From the NCBI GenBank assembly GCA_036172245.1, contig JAYWIR010000001.1, positions 496,001 through 560,000 of the forward strand: a stretch of DNA of 64,000 nucleotides. Reading direction: 5' to 3'. The notes beneath the pieces are model-generated. The model was given only the letters and a program-made list of their open reading frames with translations, was not told the DNA's origin and ran no database searches. The translations under genes were made by a program, and so were the position numbers. Origin of the DNA: Raillietiella orientalis. Lineage: Eukaryota. Positions within the stretch are counted from its first letter, which is position 1. The number at the start of each line of letters is the position of its first letter. Of this stretch, positions 23,601 through 35,600 are shown piece by piece.

Positions 23601-26600
23601 AGGATGATTAAAGTGTGTACAACTCTTATGTAATCTAATATATATATGTATACAGAGCAATGTGTAGATTTATTCTAACATGCATATTGTTGATATAATT
23701 AATGATATGTATTAAATGATGGATGATATGACAGATTAAATGAGATGATATAATGTGCACAGATTATACATGTATGGATAGAGTGAAGATTATAAATAAA
23801 TAAATACATATATATATTATAAATATGTATGAAATGGATATCTGTAAATCTCGATATGTCTATTTATCCAACGTTCAAAGTGCCGAAAATGGAATTCTTG
23901 AATTGTTGAGGAAGTTCCATATGTTGCGTGTTAGAAATGGCGGAAAAAGGGGATGCCAAATTTCTTTTCGTGTGTGTTTTTTAAATTTGTTTGCTTTTTC
24001 ATTTTTTTCAACCATTTTTAATTATTTTTATTTTCTATAATTCGGTGGTTGTCTATTCATTCCATGTGTATTTATTATATGTTCAAATATGCATTAATGT
24101 GCGTAATGAACATACTAAACGTGCATTTTAGTTTTTTTTTAAATCTTCACCATATATTAATGCATATTATTAATTATATCGATAAAAATGTATGTTAAAA
24201 TCAGTCTGTTTATTAATCTTCATGTTAATTCATATATCAATATGCAAGCCACTCTATATAAAAAATGTATTTCTAACCTTTGTAATATGTATTGCTTTAT
24301 TTGAAAAACATGTATTAATACATCATAAAGATGTTATTAACTGAATAAATAATATGTTTGTTAAAATAACATTGCTACTAATAGTATGGATGTTAATAAA
24401 TATCAATAAGTATTTACGTTAACATAGATTCGTATATTAGTCTATATACACGTATATTTATATACATGTATATATTAATATACATGATAAGCATACATAT
24501 TTATTTTTATAATCTTTGTAATCACTGTAATCATCTTTGTAATCATCAACATCAATCCATACATAAATTGATACAATAAACACGGGTATTTATTTGTTAT
24601 AATCTTCGTTCGGGGTTTTGGAGCAGACCCACTCTTCCTGGCGGTTTCGCGTGGCTCTCGATTTTCGGCCGGATTTTGGCGGGCGGTCCAAAGCGTGGCA
24701 GGCGGCGGTGGTTGCGATGTGGTCGCACCCCACGCGTTTCGTGCAGCGAGAGGGAGATCTCGGTCCGCGACCGGCGGTGGACAGCCCGGCGGGTTGAAGT
24801 GGAAAGAAAGCGGACCCGTGCACCAGGGAGGCGCGATCGCCACGGCAACCACGGGAGAGCGAGGACGCGCTGCGGCAGAGTAAATACCGCGGGACGGCGA
24901 AACGGCTCTCGCCTCGTCTCCGTCCTCAAAGGCCGTATCCGTATTATTTTCCCGCTCCCGCCACCCTTGTTTATCTTCCGTCCGAGGCAAAAGAGAAACC
25001 TCATTAGGCGAATCACGACCCACGACTGCCCGTTCGCCGTTCCCGTTTCTGCGGTAAATGCAGTTACGACTACCGCCGCTGAAATCACGGGATCGAAAGG
25101 AGGCCTCTGCAGCGAGAAATCAAGCTGCTCCACTTTGCCTGGTTTTGTTCATCCCGATGCCCCTGCATCCGTTCGCGTGGGCGATGCACGCCATAAGGTC
25201 AGCATGCTTCGCAGGGCGGGTTGACGGGACAGCGAACTCTTCTCCCTCGCGTTTCCCGGCTTCCACCAGTGCCGCATCAGCGTCATCTATAAAGGGGGAA
25301 GGGGGGGGGGGGGGCTCGAACCACGGCTCACCCTTTTTTTTTTCTGGAGTCGAACCATCCCCGGGCGGGATTCGAACCCGCGACGCTTGGCACCACGGTC
25401 TCCAGCGCGCCACCTCGTCTTCCCACGAGGCGCGTGAGAAACCGCGTGGGCCGTCATCATAAGATCATTTCGTTTTTGTGCTGTTTGCCTTCAGCACGAC
25501 ACGTTTGTTTTGGTATCCCGGGTAAACATTTCCGGGTCCCCTCTTATGAGATCCTGGAAGACTGAGCGCCTGCCATTCTTCTGCTTCCTCAGCGTTTTCG
25601 GCGTCCGGCGCGTTTGAGAAGGGACTCTCCCGCAAGGCGTGTGTGCACACTTGGATCACGTGGATGAGCTTCGTCGCCTGTTTCGCTTTCCCCTCGCTGG
25701 GAACGGAGGATCCCTGACGGCAGCCAGGGAAAGAGAAAAACCCCGGCTAGAGGGGCAGGCAGGTTCGGTCTTCGCAAGATGGCGCTCTCTTCGCCAAGGG
25801 CCGGCGCGAGAAACCGAAATCTCCGTGCTCTCACCGTGTGCGGTGGCACCTTCGCCGCGCAGCTCGGGCGCCTCCCCCAGGCGAAATTTTCCTCGAGGAG
25901 GAGGGAGGGAGGGATTTTCATGTCTTTCGGAGGCGGCAGCAGCGGCGAAGTTCCCCCCCTGGAGGACGCACGCAAGAGGTCAGGGTGGCGGCGGTTTTCC
26001 GCCCGGCGTGGTGAGGCACCTCGGGCACCAACTCGTCCCATTGCGCGCGCCCGTGCAGACCTTCGCTCTTCGCGGGGCCACCCACTTTGCACTATTCTTT
26101 GCTTCCAGGGGTATTTCGTGTCGCTGTTCAACCGTTTCGACTGCTTCGTGGTGGTCGGTAGCATCCTGGAGATCGTGCTTACGCTGAATGAGATCATGCC
26201 ACCCCTGGGGATATCCGTCCTCAGGTGCGTGAGGTTGCTACGGGTCTTCAAGGTCACCAGGTAAGGTCACTCCAGCCGGTCGCTTCCGCTGCGCACTGAA
26301 CTGGCCCGTCCAAGTCGCTCGCCCGTCCGCGGGAGGGCTCGCGACTCGGGTGGCCCTCAAGCCGCGCTTTAGAGCGACAGAGATCACCCCCAGGAAAGCT
26401 CTTGAATGCTTGCAGGCTTCCTCCTCAGCAGGATGCCGGCGCTCGGCGGTAGTGGCGGACCCTCGGCTGTTTTCGCCTTGGCATGCAGGCCAACTCTGTC
26501 TTCGCTTCGACAACCAGCGCTATGGAAACGAAACGGGCTCGTGGCGTCCTCCGATGGCGCGCCCCGAGGCGTCACAGTTCGAATCTCGCCCAGGGGAAGA

Positions 26601-29600
26601 GTCGTAACCGAGAAATGGGGAGGGGAGGGGGCAGCGTCACGGGTTTCGAGTACACTCGCAAGATGACGCTAGCTGTCCCTCGGTTGGCTTCAGGTGCGGC
26701 GGCACTGGCGGAAGGGCCGGATGCCCTCGTTGACCGACCGCTATCAGAAGTTGGCACCTCCGGGATTCTTCCAGTAATCAAACAGCCCTTTGAGGTGCCC
26801 TTCCGGATGCGAGGATGGAGCTGATCGATGCCCCGCTTCGGGGAGTCTTCTCTCCAGAGTGCCAGAAGCGCGCTGCTCCCTTCCGGTTCCCTCCGGGAAC
26901 AAGTGGGGCGAGGAATCCCCCTCCCCCCAATCCTTCCTGTTTTTACGAAACTCTTGACGCTCCACTCTGGCTGGTGCGCAACGAACACTCCCTGCTTGTT
27001 AGTCATTTTTTTTTTTTTTTTTTTTTTTTATCTTTGTTCACCCGTTGGGTCGGTTTCAAGTGGGCTGGCCCCTTTCTTACGTCACGAGGAGGCACGTCGG
27101 GCCGCGCGGTACGAGATGGGCGCCTCTGAGGAGGAAAAGGAAAACGAGACGGCTGCTGCTGCTGCATCCGTGGTCATCTTGCCGAGAGATCGTTCCGCTA
27201 CCCCGTCTCCGACCCCTCTACACAAACCCCAAGCGGGCGGCGGAGGGCCCAGGAAGAGTCCCGCTGCCGCCCCTCAACTCTTTAACCGTCTGTTTCCGTA
27301 CGTTCTGTTTCTGCCGCCATTCATCCATTCTCTTTTCCCTGAGGACGGATTCCTTCCTCCCCCCCCCTCCCAATCTGAAGGATGTTGCTGTTCCCGGCTT
27401 CCGCACGCTTCCTGTTATCACCATCATCCGAAGAATATTTTTTTCTCGGAGTGAACTTCAGTCTCCATGGGTACTCGAGGAGCTGCTTATCTGGAGCTGC
27501 ACGCCAACAGGAGATTACGTCCCGGCGCGGAGACACCATCTCGGCTCCTGTTTGCATTATGGAATGCTCGTTGCTGGAGCCCTCGCCGTTGCTACGTGCC
27601 GCCCTCCGCTTTCGCATGGCGGTTTCCTCCGTCCGCGTTCCCTGCTGAAGCGCGAGCCGCGACCTTCACGCCGAAAGGTCGCCCCCAGAGACGCGTGCGG
27701 CACCCCCAGGGGCGACCGCCGCGCAAGTGGGTCGTGGAATTCTGGAAGCGGGGACGGAATCGAACCTTCCAGAGTCCGTTCCCCACCTGGCAACCAGTAG
27801 TGGGACACCGGAGCAAGCGGAGGGCTTCCTCCACGCCTCCGAGGCCGAAAGGCTGCTTGGACATCCTCCGGCCTGCAGGCTGTCGCGACAACGGTTGCCA
27901 GTGGCCACAAGCCGTCCTCCAGCCTCCTCTCGCGGATGGAAACAGCAAGACCACGCGCAACAGCAAGAGCAGCTACGGTAGCAGCGACAGAAGAGCGCAC
28001 CAGAAGCAGAGACCACAGTCCTCCCGGTGCTTCGCCGCAGCCTCGCCTCCTTCCGAGCGACCCCCTATCTTCTTCAATGCCTCGCCCGTCGCCATCTCCG
28101 CGCCCTTGCTGGAGAAGAAGATCGTCCTGCTTATTTCCAGCTGACGGGCCCCAGAGTAGAGGGCGGGATCCCGGGCGCTGCGTGCCCGCAGGCCGTCTCG
28201 CCAGCAGGATGTCGGCCCGAGCAGGGCAGAGGAAGTGGCGAGCCCCGAGCTCCAAATCTTGGCACTGCTCGGAAGGTGGTGGCAGCATCTCTCAATCCGC
28301 GGACGAGGGCTCTCGCGAGATCCCTTGAGGTCAGGGCGCCGGCTGCTGGCCTCGACGAGCCGGTGAGGTTCCCTGGGTGGGTCCGGGGCGAAGAGTACGG
28401 GAAGCGCCAGGTAAGGGAGGAGGAAGGACGTTCCGAGTTCTTCCGCCTTCCTGGCGGAAGTCGGGGGATTGCACCCGTGCAGGGCTGAGGAGAGGGAAAT
28501 TCCGACGGAGACCCGCAGCACCTGGAGACCGGTCGCTGGAGCCGAGCGCAGGCGCTCAGGGCAAGTCGAGAAGCACCCAGAAGTTGGATGTGGTCCTTGC
28601 AGTAGCCGGAACTCGTCGAAGTGGGCTGAAATGACCTCACCCTATTCTCAATCTTCAAATGTGTGAGCAATCTGGCCTGCTCGAACGATGCCTGCTGGGC
28701 CCATTCTGGTGATCAGAAAAGGCGTGAATATGGGACCACAGAGCGCCCGGTTCGAGGCTTGCCAGATTCCACTAAAGATGTTGATTGCTATGGACAGCAG
28801 AACGAGGTCAAGCATGGAAGTCAGGAGTCCGTTATGGGTGGCACTCAAACGTCGAGCCGACGCCCCACCGACCCGACAGGGCCGTGCCGCCGCTAGAGGG
28901 CTGGAAGGCTGGAAGGGTCGCATGCAGAGGGGATCGGAGTGTCGAGGGAAGAACTTGGAGGTAGCGCGGACACTCCACTGAGATCGGGGGGTGGGTCTAA
29001 TGAGGAGGAAGGGTCTCGTGAGAATAGCCTTTCGGCGTGGTCCAATCGAACCCATGGTTCCTGGAAGGCCGGTGCCCTATCGGGAAAGCCGAAACTCATC
29101 GCTCATGCGCATCCGTGGCTCTTCCTTGTGCATCTATGATGCATCAGTTGACGGGCCGCTTGCCTGAAGGAAGGGAAAGGAAGACAGCAGCGCCGTGCGC
29201 CCCTTCCCTTCCCTGGAGCAACCCCGACCTCTGAGGCAATGTCGAAAGGAGACGAACAGGGCCGATCCTGCGAAGTCCCGAAGAGTAAGGGGGAAGCCAA
29301 CCCAGCGTTTTGAGAAGGAAGGAGAGGTAGGGCGGGGCAGTTTGCAGGACCGCCGTCGCCTCGGGAGACGGAAATCGCAACCGCTCCCACGCCCCGCTCG
29401 GAAGGCGGCGGGAGGGATCCGGAAATCCGGCGGCAGGAGGAAGAAAGGAGGTGAAAAGGAGAAAAAAAAGAGAGGGAGGAAGGAAGGGGGAAGAAAAAAG
29501 AGGAAGGAAGGAAAGGAAGAGGAGGAAGAAGAAAGGGAGGAGGAGGAGGAGAAGGAAAGGACGAAGACGATGGGCAGAAGAGAGAGGGAGGAACGAGGAA

Positions 29601-32600
29601 TAGGAAGAGAAGAAAGGGAAGATATTTCCTTGCAGCTGGAGCCTTCACACGAAAGCTGAGCCAGTCATGGCGATCCCCTACCCAAACTGCTTCAGAGTCC
29701 CCACTTGCAAAAACCACACCAACTTTCTCTTCCCCATCAGATGTTCTCCGGGATACCTCGATGTCCCTCAGAAGAAAATTCCAATGGCTGAAACATCGTT
29801 CTGGTATGAGATGAGTCCCTCGATAGAGCGAGCCTGATTACGGACCAGACACGGGATTTTCTTCGAATAAATCTGTCCTCCTTATACTCTCCCTCCTTCT
29901 TTCTTCCTCTTTTTCCCATCCTCTCCTCCTCCTTTTTTTCCCTCCCTCCCTTTCCCTCCTGCTCCACCTCCTTTCCTCCTCTTCCTTCCTCTCTCCCTCT
30001 TCCTCCGCCTCTTCTTTTCCCTCCTTTTCCTTCCACCCTCCCCCCCTCTACTTCCTTTCCTCCTCCCTTGTTTCCCCTTCGTTCCTTCGTTTCTTCTTTC
30101 TCTTCCCCCTCCTTCTCTTCGTCTTTCTTTTCTCCTGTTGGCCGCATCACCGTCGTGCGCGAAAGGCGTTACCGATTCTCACGAAGAATCGCCCATTGGC
30201 GAGCTCAGATGAGAGGCTGCGCGCGGGTCACTTGTGGCTCGTGTTCAGGGGTGCGCGTCTGTCTCCTTTCCCTTGCTGTCGCATCAGGTTCTCCGGCGCA
30301 CCACCGATCCCTTCCCCTCCCCACTTCTGGCAGCGAGGATTGCTCGCCGCCAGCTCACGCCGACCTTTCGTGACCCGCCCGTTTCCCTTCCCTGCCAGGT
30401 ACTGGAGCTCCCTATCGAACCTTGTGGCGTCGCTGCTCAACTCCATCCAGTCCATCGCTTCCTTGCTGCTGCTGCTGTTCCTCTTTGTCATCATCTTCGC
30501 TCTCCTGGGGATGCAGGTTTTCGGCGGGAAGTTCAACTACAACAGGAACCAAGAGCGCCCCAGGAGCAACTTCGACACGTTCTGGCAGAGCCTCCTCACC
30601 GTCTTCCAGGTGAGATCACCCTCCAGGCAGGCGTGCCCTGCCGTCGCCGAAGCCTGTGCTCAAGAGGCTCGACCTCCTTGCTGATGCCCTGCTCCCGCAG
30701 ATCCTGACGGGGGAGGACTGGAACGCGGTCATGTACGACGGGATCCAGGCATACGGGGGGATCGCATCCGTGGGAGCCCTGGCCTGCATCTACTTCATCA
30801 TCCTCTTCATCTGCGGGAACTGTATCCTTGGGAGAATGCGGGAGAGGGGGGAGGGGGGGGAAAGGTCCCTCTGACGGCCCCCGAGCGCGCGTGGGGCCGC
30901 CCTTAGCGCCGCGCCCAGACATCCTGCTCAACGTCTTCCTGGCCATCGCCGTCGACAACCTCGCCGACGCGGAGTCGCTGGCCGTCGTCGAGAAGGACGT
31001 GAGTGCGTGGGCGGGGGGATGGCCCGCAGCGGAAGACTCCCGGCGCGCGCGTACTTCCGCAGGAGAAGGACGAAGAGGAGGGAAGCAGTTCCAAGGACGA
31101 GAAGGAGGAGTTCGCGTACACAGGGAGGGGCGGCGCCACGCCCAACCACATCGAGGCGCCGGGCAGGTAGGCGGGCAGCAGCAGCGAGGCGCCATCCACC
31201 GCCTTCCTTTCCAGTAGGTGCGATCCCGAGGCGGCGCAGTACCGCGTGGACCTGGGTGCAGGAGGACTGCGTGGGAAGGAAGCCGGTAAGGGGCCGAAGG
31301 CTCATAGGAGCCAGGAGGGTAGGGAGACTCCCGAGGCGCCCTCGAGGAAGAGCGGATGCACCGTGGAAAGGGCAGCACGGGCGAGCAGTTCGGCGGGGAA
31401 GCGGCTGCACTATGCCACGCCCACCCGCCCGCCCCTTTCTCCTTGAGCAGGGCCAGATCGACGCACGCGATCGCGGGGAGGGAAACGATAGGGGCGGAGG
31501 CCCTGCCGCCCCCTTTCCTTCCCCAGAGCAAACCCTTCCGGCGATCCTCGCCCTGCTTCCTGCTCTCTCAGGGAACAGCGGAAGGAGATGGACAGGGACG
31601 ACCCGGCGAAGTCCCGAAGAGTAAGGGGGAAGCCAGCCCAACCCCCTGAGAAGGAAGGGAAGGCCGGGAGGAGCAGCTCGCCTGACCGCCGTCGTCCCGG
31701 GAGACCGAAATCACAGCCGCGCCCACGCCCCGTTCGGAAGGCTATGGGAGGTATCTGGAATCTCGGCGGCAGGAGGAAGAAGAAGGGTGAAGAGAGAAGA
31801 AAAAGGGGGAGATTGGGAAAAGAGAGGAGGAAGGGAGGGAGAGGGGAGAGGCAAAGGACGAAGACGATAGGAAGACGAAGGAGGAGGAGGGGAGGAAGAG
31901 ATCGAGGAAGAATGGAGGAGAGGGAGGGAAAGAAGGAGGAGGAAGGACGGGAGAGAGGAAGAGGAGGAGGAGGGAAGGAAAGCAGAGGAAGGTGCGTGGC
32001 CCAGCAGTTCTTCGTGCCCTCGGTAGCCCACGGTGGTTTTCCCGCGCGCGACCGCAGGGCCACTCAGTCATCACGTTGTCCCCTCCAGACTTGAGGGTGC
32101 GACCGTGGTGATGGGCGCTGGGAAGGGGTAGCAGTGGGCTGCGTGATCACTGGAGGGAAGTGGAAGGACTGTGGCTGCTGTAGCAGCGGTGACAGCCGTG
32201 ACCTTGATGGCGGAACCCTTCCCTCCTTCTTCACTGGTGCGTGTGGTCGATGCGCGCGCGGTCAGGCGCTGTCGCAGCGCCTCCTCCTCCTCACCCCGGG
32301 GGCGATTCGATGACACATAGGGTGGCAGGATCACCTGGATCACCTGGAGCCACCCCTCGCTGCGATGTGGACGGGCGATCCCCCGGGAGCGGCGTTGCGT
32401 CCACCCGAGAGGACCCCCGGCGGCCACGCCGGAGACCCCGCGAGAGGCGGCTCGGGGCTTCTGCTGCTCCATTGGGAGAACTGCGCATGCCGTGCGCGCT
32501 CAGGGCTCCTGCCCACCCTGCCTACCTCTCCCTGTCCTCTTCTCCAGACACGCTGAAGGACAGCGAGGAAGAGGCAGAGGAGGAAGAGGAGGAGGAAGAA

Positions 32601-35600
32601 GACGGCGAGGCAGAGGCGCGCATGAAGGACGAGGGCGACGCCGTGGAGGTCGTTGGCGCCAGGCCCAAGAGGCTATCGGACCTCAACCTGCCCACGAAGG
32701 TCGCACCCATACCCAGGAGCTCGTCCTTCTTCATCTTCTCGCACAAGAACAGGTGAGCGGGCGGGAAGGAGGGGGGGAAAGGTATTTGGCCCTCCCATCT
32801 CCGATCCCATCTGCACCGAGGCAGGGAAAGTGGCTGCTCTCGAAGCGCCTTTAGCGGTGAATGCTGCGAGGCGATTCCCGTCACCCGGGAAGGGGTGGAA
32901 CCGCCCCAGAGCCCACTTGGAGGCCAGCAGCGTCTAGCGGCTCGTCTACCTCACCTCGTTCCCTTTTCACGCTCCTGGTACGCACTATTCTGGCTCCAGA
33001 ATGCTCCAGAAAGAACGCAGATGGACTTCCTCCATCCACATCCATACCTTCCTCTCAGCTTTCGCGGTCCTCCGCGCTTGCCGCACCAGAGGGAGGCGGT
33101 GAGTGGGAGCAAGAAGCAGGCGGCGAAGCGAGTAAGAGGAAAAAAGCCTCAGAGCAGGGCCTGGAGCTCAACGGAGGAAAAGAGGAAGAAAGGAGAAGGA
33201 AGGGAGGAGGACGAAAGGAAGAGAAGAGGAGGAAAGGAGGAGCAAGAAGAGAAGAGGATGAGGAAGGGAGGAGGAGACAGGATAGAAGAAAGGTGGAGGA
33301 CGAGGATGAACAGAGGAGGAGGAAGAAGGGTGGAAGAAGAGAAAGGGAGGAGGAAGAGAGGAGGACTAGCAGATAGAGTAGAGGAGGAAAACGGGTAGAG
33401 GAAGAAAGGTGGAAGAAGGAGGGATGGAGAAAAGAGGAGCGTCCTCCCTCTCTTCCTCTCTTTTTCGGCCTGCTCAGTTATTGAGCGATCCTAGGAATGT
33501 AAACGTCCATCACCAGCATCCTCGTCAATGCCCATTTTTGTCGGTTGAAAAGTCCACGATCAGCGACTCGCGCCCAGAGACGAGTACAAGGAAAGGAACT
33601 TTCGGAACGGAAAGCTGGAAATTCGTCTCCAGGCAACTTGCATATGAGCCTTGCCGTGTCTCCAATCACGCGGTTTTTTCGACACGGATTCGGCACTGGC
33701 TCGTCCTTGATGTCCTTCCTATCCCTTTGAGCGTTCGTCTTGTAGGAAACCAAGATGTCAGCACCTGCTCCTACTGCCGTGGAGCCTCTTAACTGGAAGA
33801 AAGGGAGGAGTTTTTCCTTGAGGGACGGGGCGCAGGGATTCCGCCTGTATTTTCACTCACACTTGTGATCTGTTTTGACTGGTCAAGGGAGGGACATCGT
33901 CCGCTTGCCCTGCATCCATGCCAAGTCTTCCTCATCGGATGCTGGATCGGATGTTCCCTCTCCTTCCTGGCGTGTCCTCCTGTCCACTAGGCGAGCCGTT
34001 AAAAAAAAAGGACATTGAATTCGGCAGCATCGCGGTTCCGCGGGAGTTTGTATTTCTTCTTCCCTTGGGCACGACGTTCGCCGGTTCCCCGCTAGCCCAA
34101 GGGCGGGGAAGACGGCGGCCTTTCCTGGCGATGCTTCTTCCCTCTAGCGGCGAAACGTAGAAGCGATCCCTCACCGCTCGCTTCGCCTGCCGACGACTGT
34201 GTGCGGCTACCGGGACGCCTCGCAGGACACCCGGTGTGACGACCCCTTCTCCGGCGCCCTATAGCACCATGGCACCCGCGAACTCACTGCGGAGTGTTGC
34301 TTCCAGGGGTCGGATCTCTCGGACGGCGTTCCGAGAGCAGGAAGGAGCCCACTCAAAGTAGCTAACGGTATGAAAGGCTGCTCCTGTCCCAGCGAAATTA
34401 CTTCCCCTCCCATTTGACAGTAGCCTCCCCGGATTTCTGGAAGCCGGACGCAGGCGCCGGTAATCGAATCCTCCCGAAAATTGCATTACGGAGCCGGGAA
34501 TCTGGGTTGTTATTCCATCCCTTTGCCTGAGCGTCCCATGACGCTTCGTCTGCGGAATATCCGACCGAGAGCACCTCTCCTCCAGGGGTCTCTCTTCACT
34601 CGGGGGGATCCAGCGGAGAAGCCTCGGGCTGCTCGAAGGAGGGTCCGCCTTCGATTCTTCCTCCTTCGTCTTTGCGCATCCTGGAAGACAAACATCCAGG
34701 GGTTCGGGGGCTGCGAAGCTCCCATGCCCGAGCGGCTTCCGAGCGTCCTCCCGGACCTGGAAGCCGTTGCGGGTAATCTCCGGGGACAACCCGGGGTGCA
34801 TTCCTGATGGAGGGGATCGCATTTCCTTTCTCCAGAAGAGGGACCCCTCTTCCGGAACCAGGCCGCGTGCGGACGGTGGAAAAGGAGCGCGTGACTCGGG
34901 AGCCAATGCTCCCTGAACACCTTTCTCAGGGGTCGCTTCCTTCTCGGTTGCCCGGGCGTCTTTTATCACCGTCTCTTCCACGGAAAAGCCCCGCGTGGTC
35001 GGCCGCGCACCTCCGCTGCGGTTCGAGGTTCGAGGCGGACAATAAGGTGCTGAAGAACGCGTCACGTGCCATAGGGCCCCGCCGTGGGCCCACAACCTTC
35101 AACATCCGTCTTCACCGGACCGACGCTCGCCACCCGCTCGCCACGGAAGAGCTGCCCTCGTCTTGCCGGTCTTCCCCCTCTCCCCTCGAGAGGGCAGCTC
35201 GGGCCCTACGCGATCCCTACACGAAATTCTCCGGTCTGTTCCGGACGCAGGTTTCTCCCTGCGTCGCCTTCCCCTCCCTTCCATAACTGGTTGGTAATCA
35301 AAGGGAAGGGTTGGTCCATTCCTCTTCGTTGTTGGCCAGACCCATCCGCTGATCCGCGGCTTCATCGCTGGCGCTGCTCGCGCCGCCTTTTCGGTCGGGA
35401 GGAGTCCACGCGAGCGCGTCGGCTCCACTGTTGCTGACGCCCGCGGTTCCATCCGAACGAGGTGACGGCGTCACGGTCAACACGGCTCAGCTGCACGAGG
35501 CTTCCTCTTCGCCCGATCACGGCTTGCCATCACGGTCTCAACCTGGATCCTCAGGGCATCACCCCGTTGCCCCTCAGAAGCAGATTTCTCTGGACGAAAC

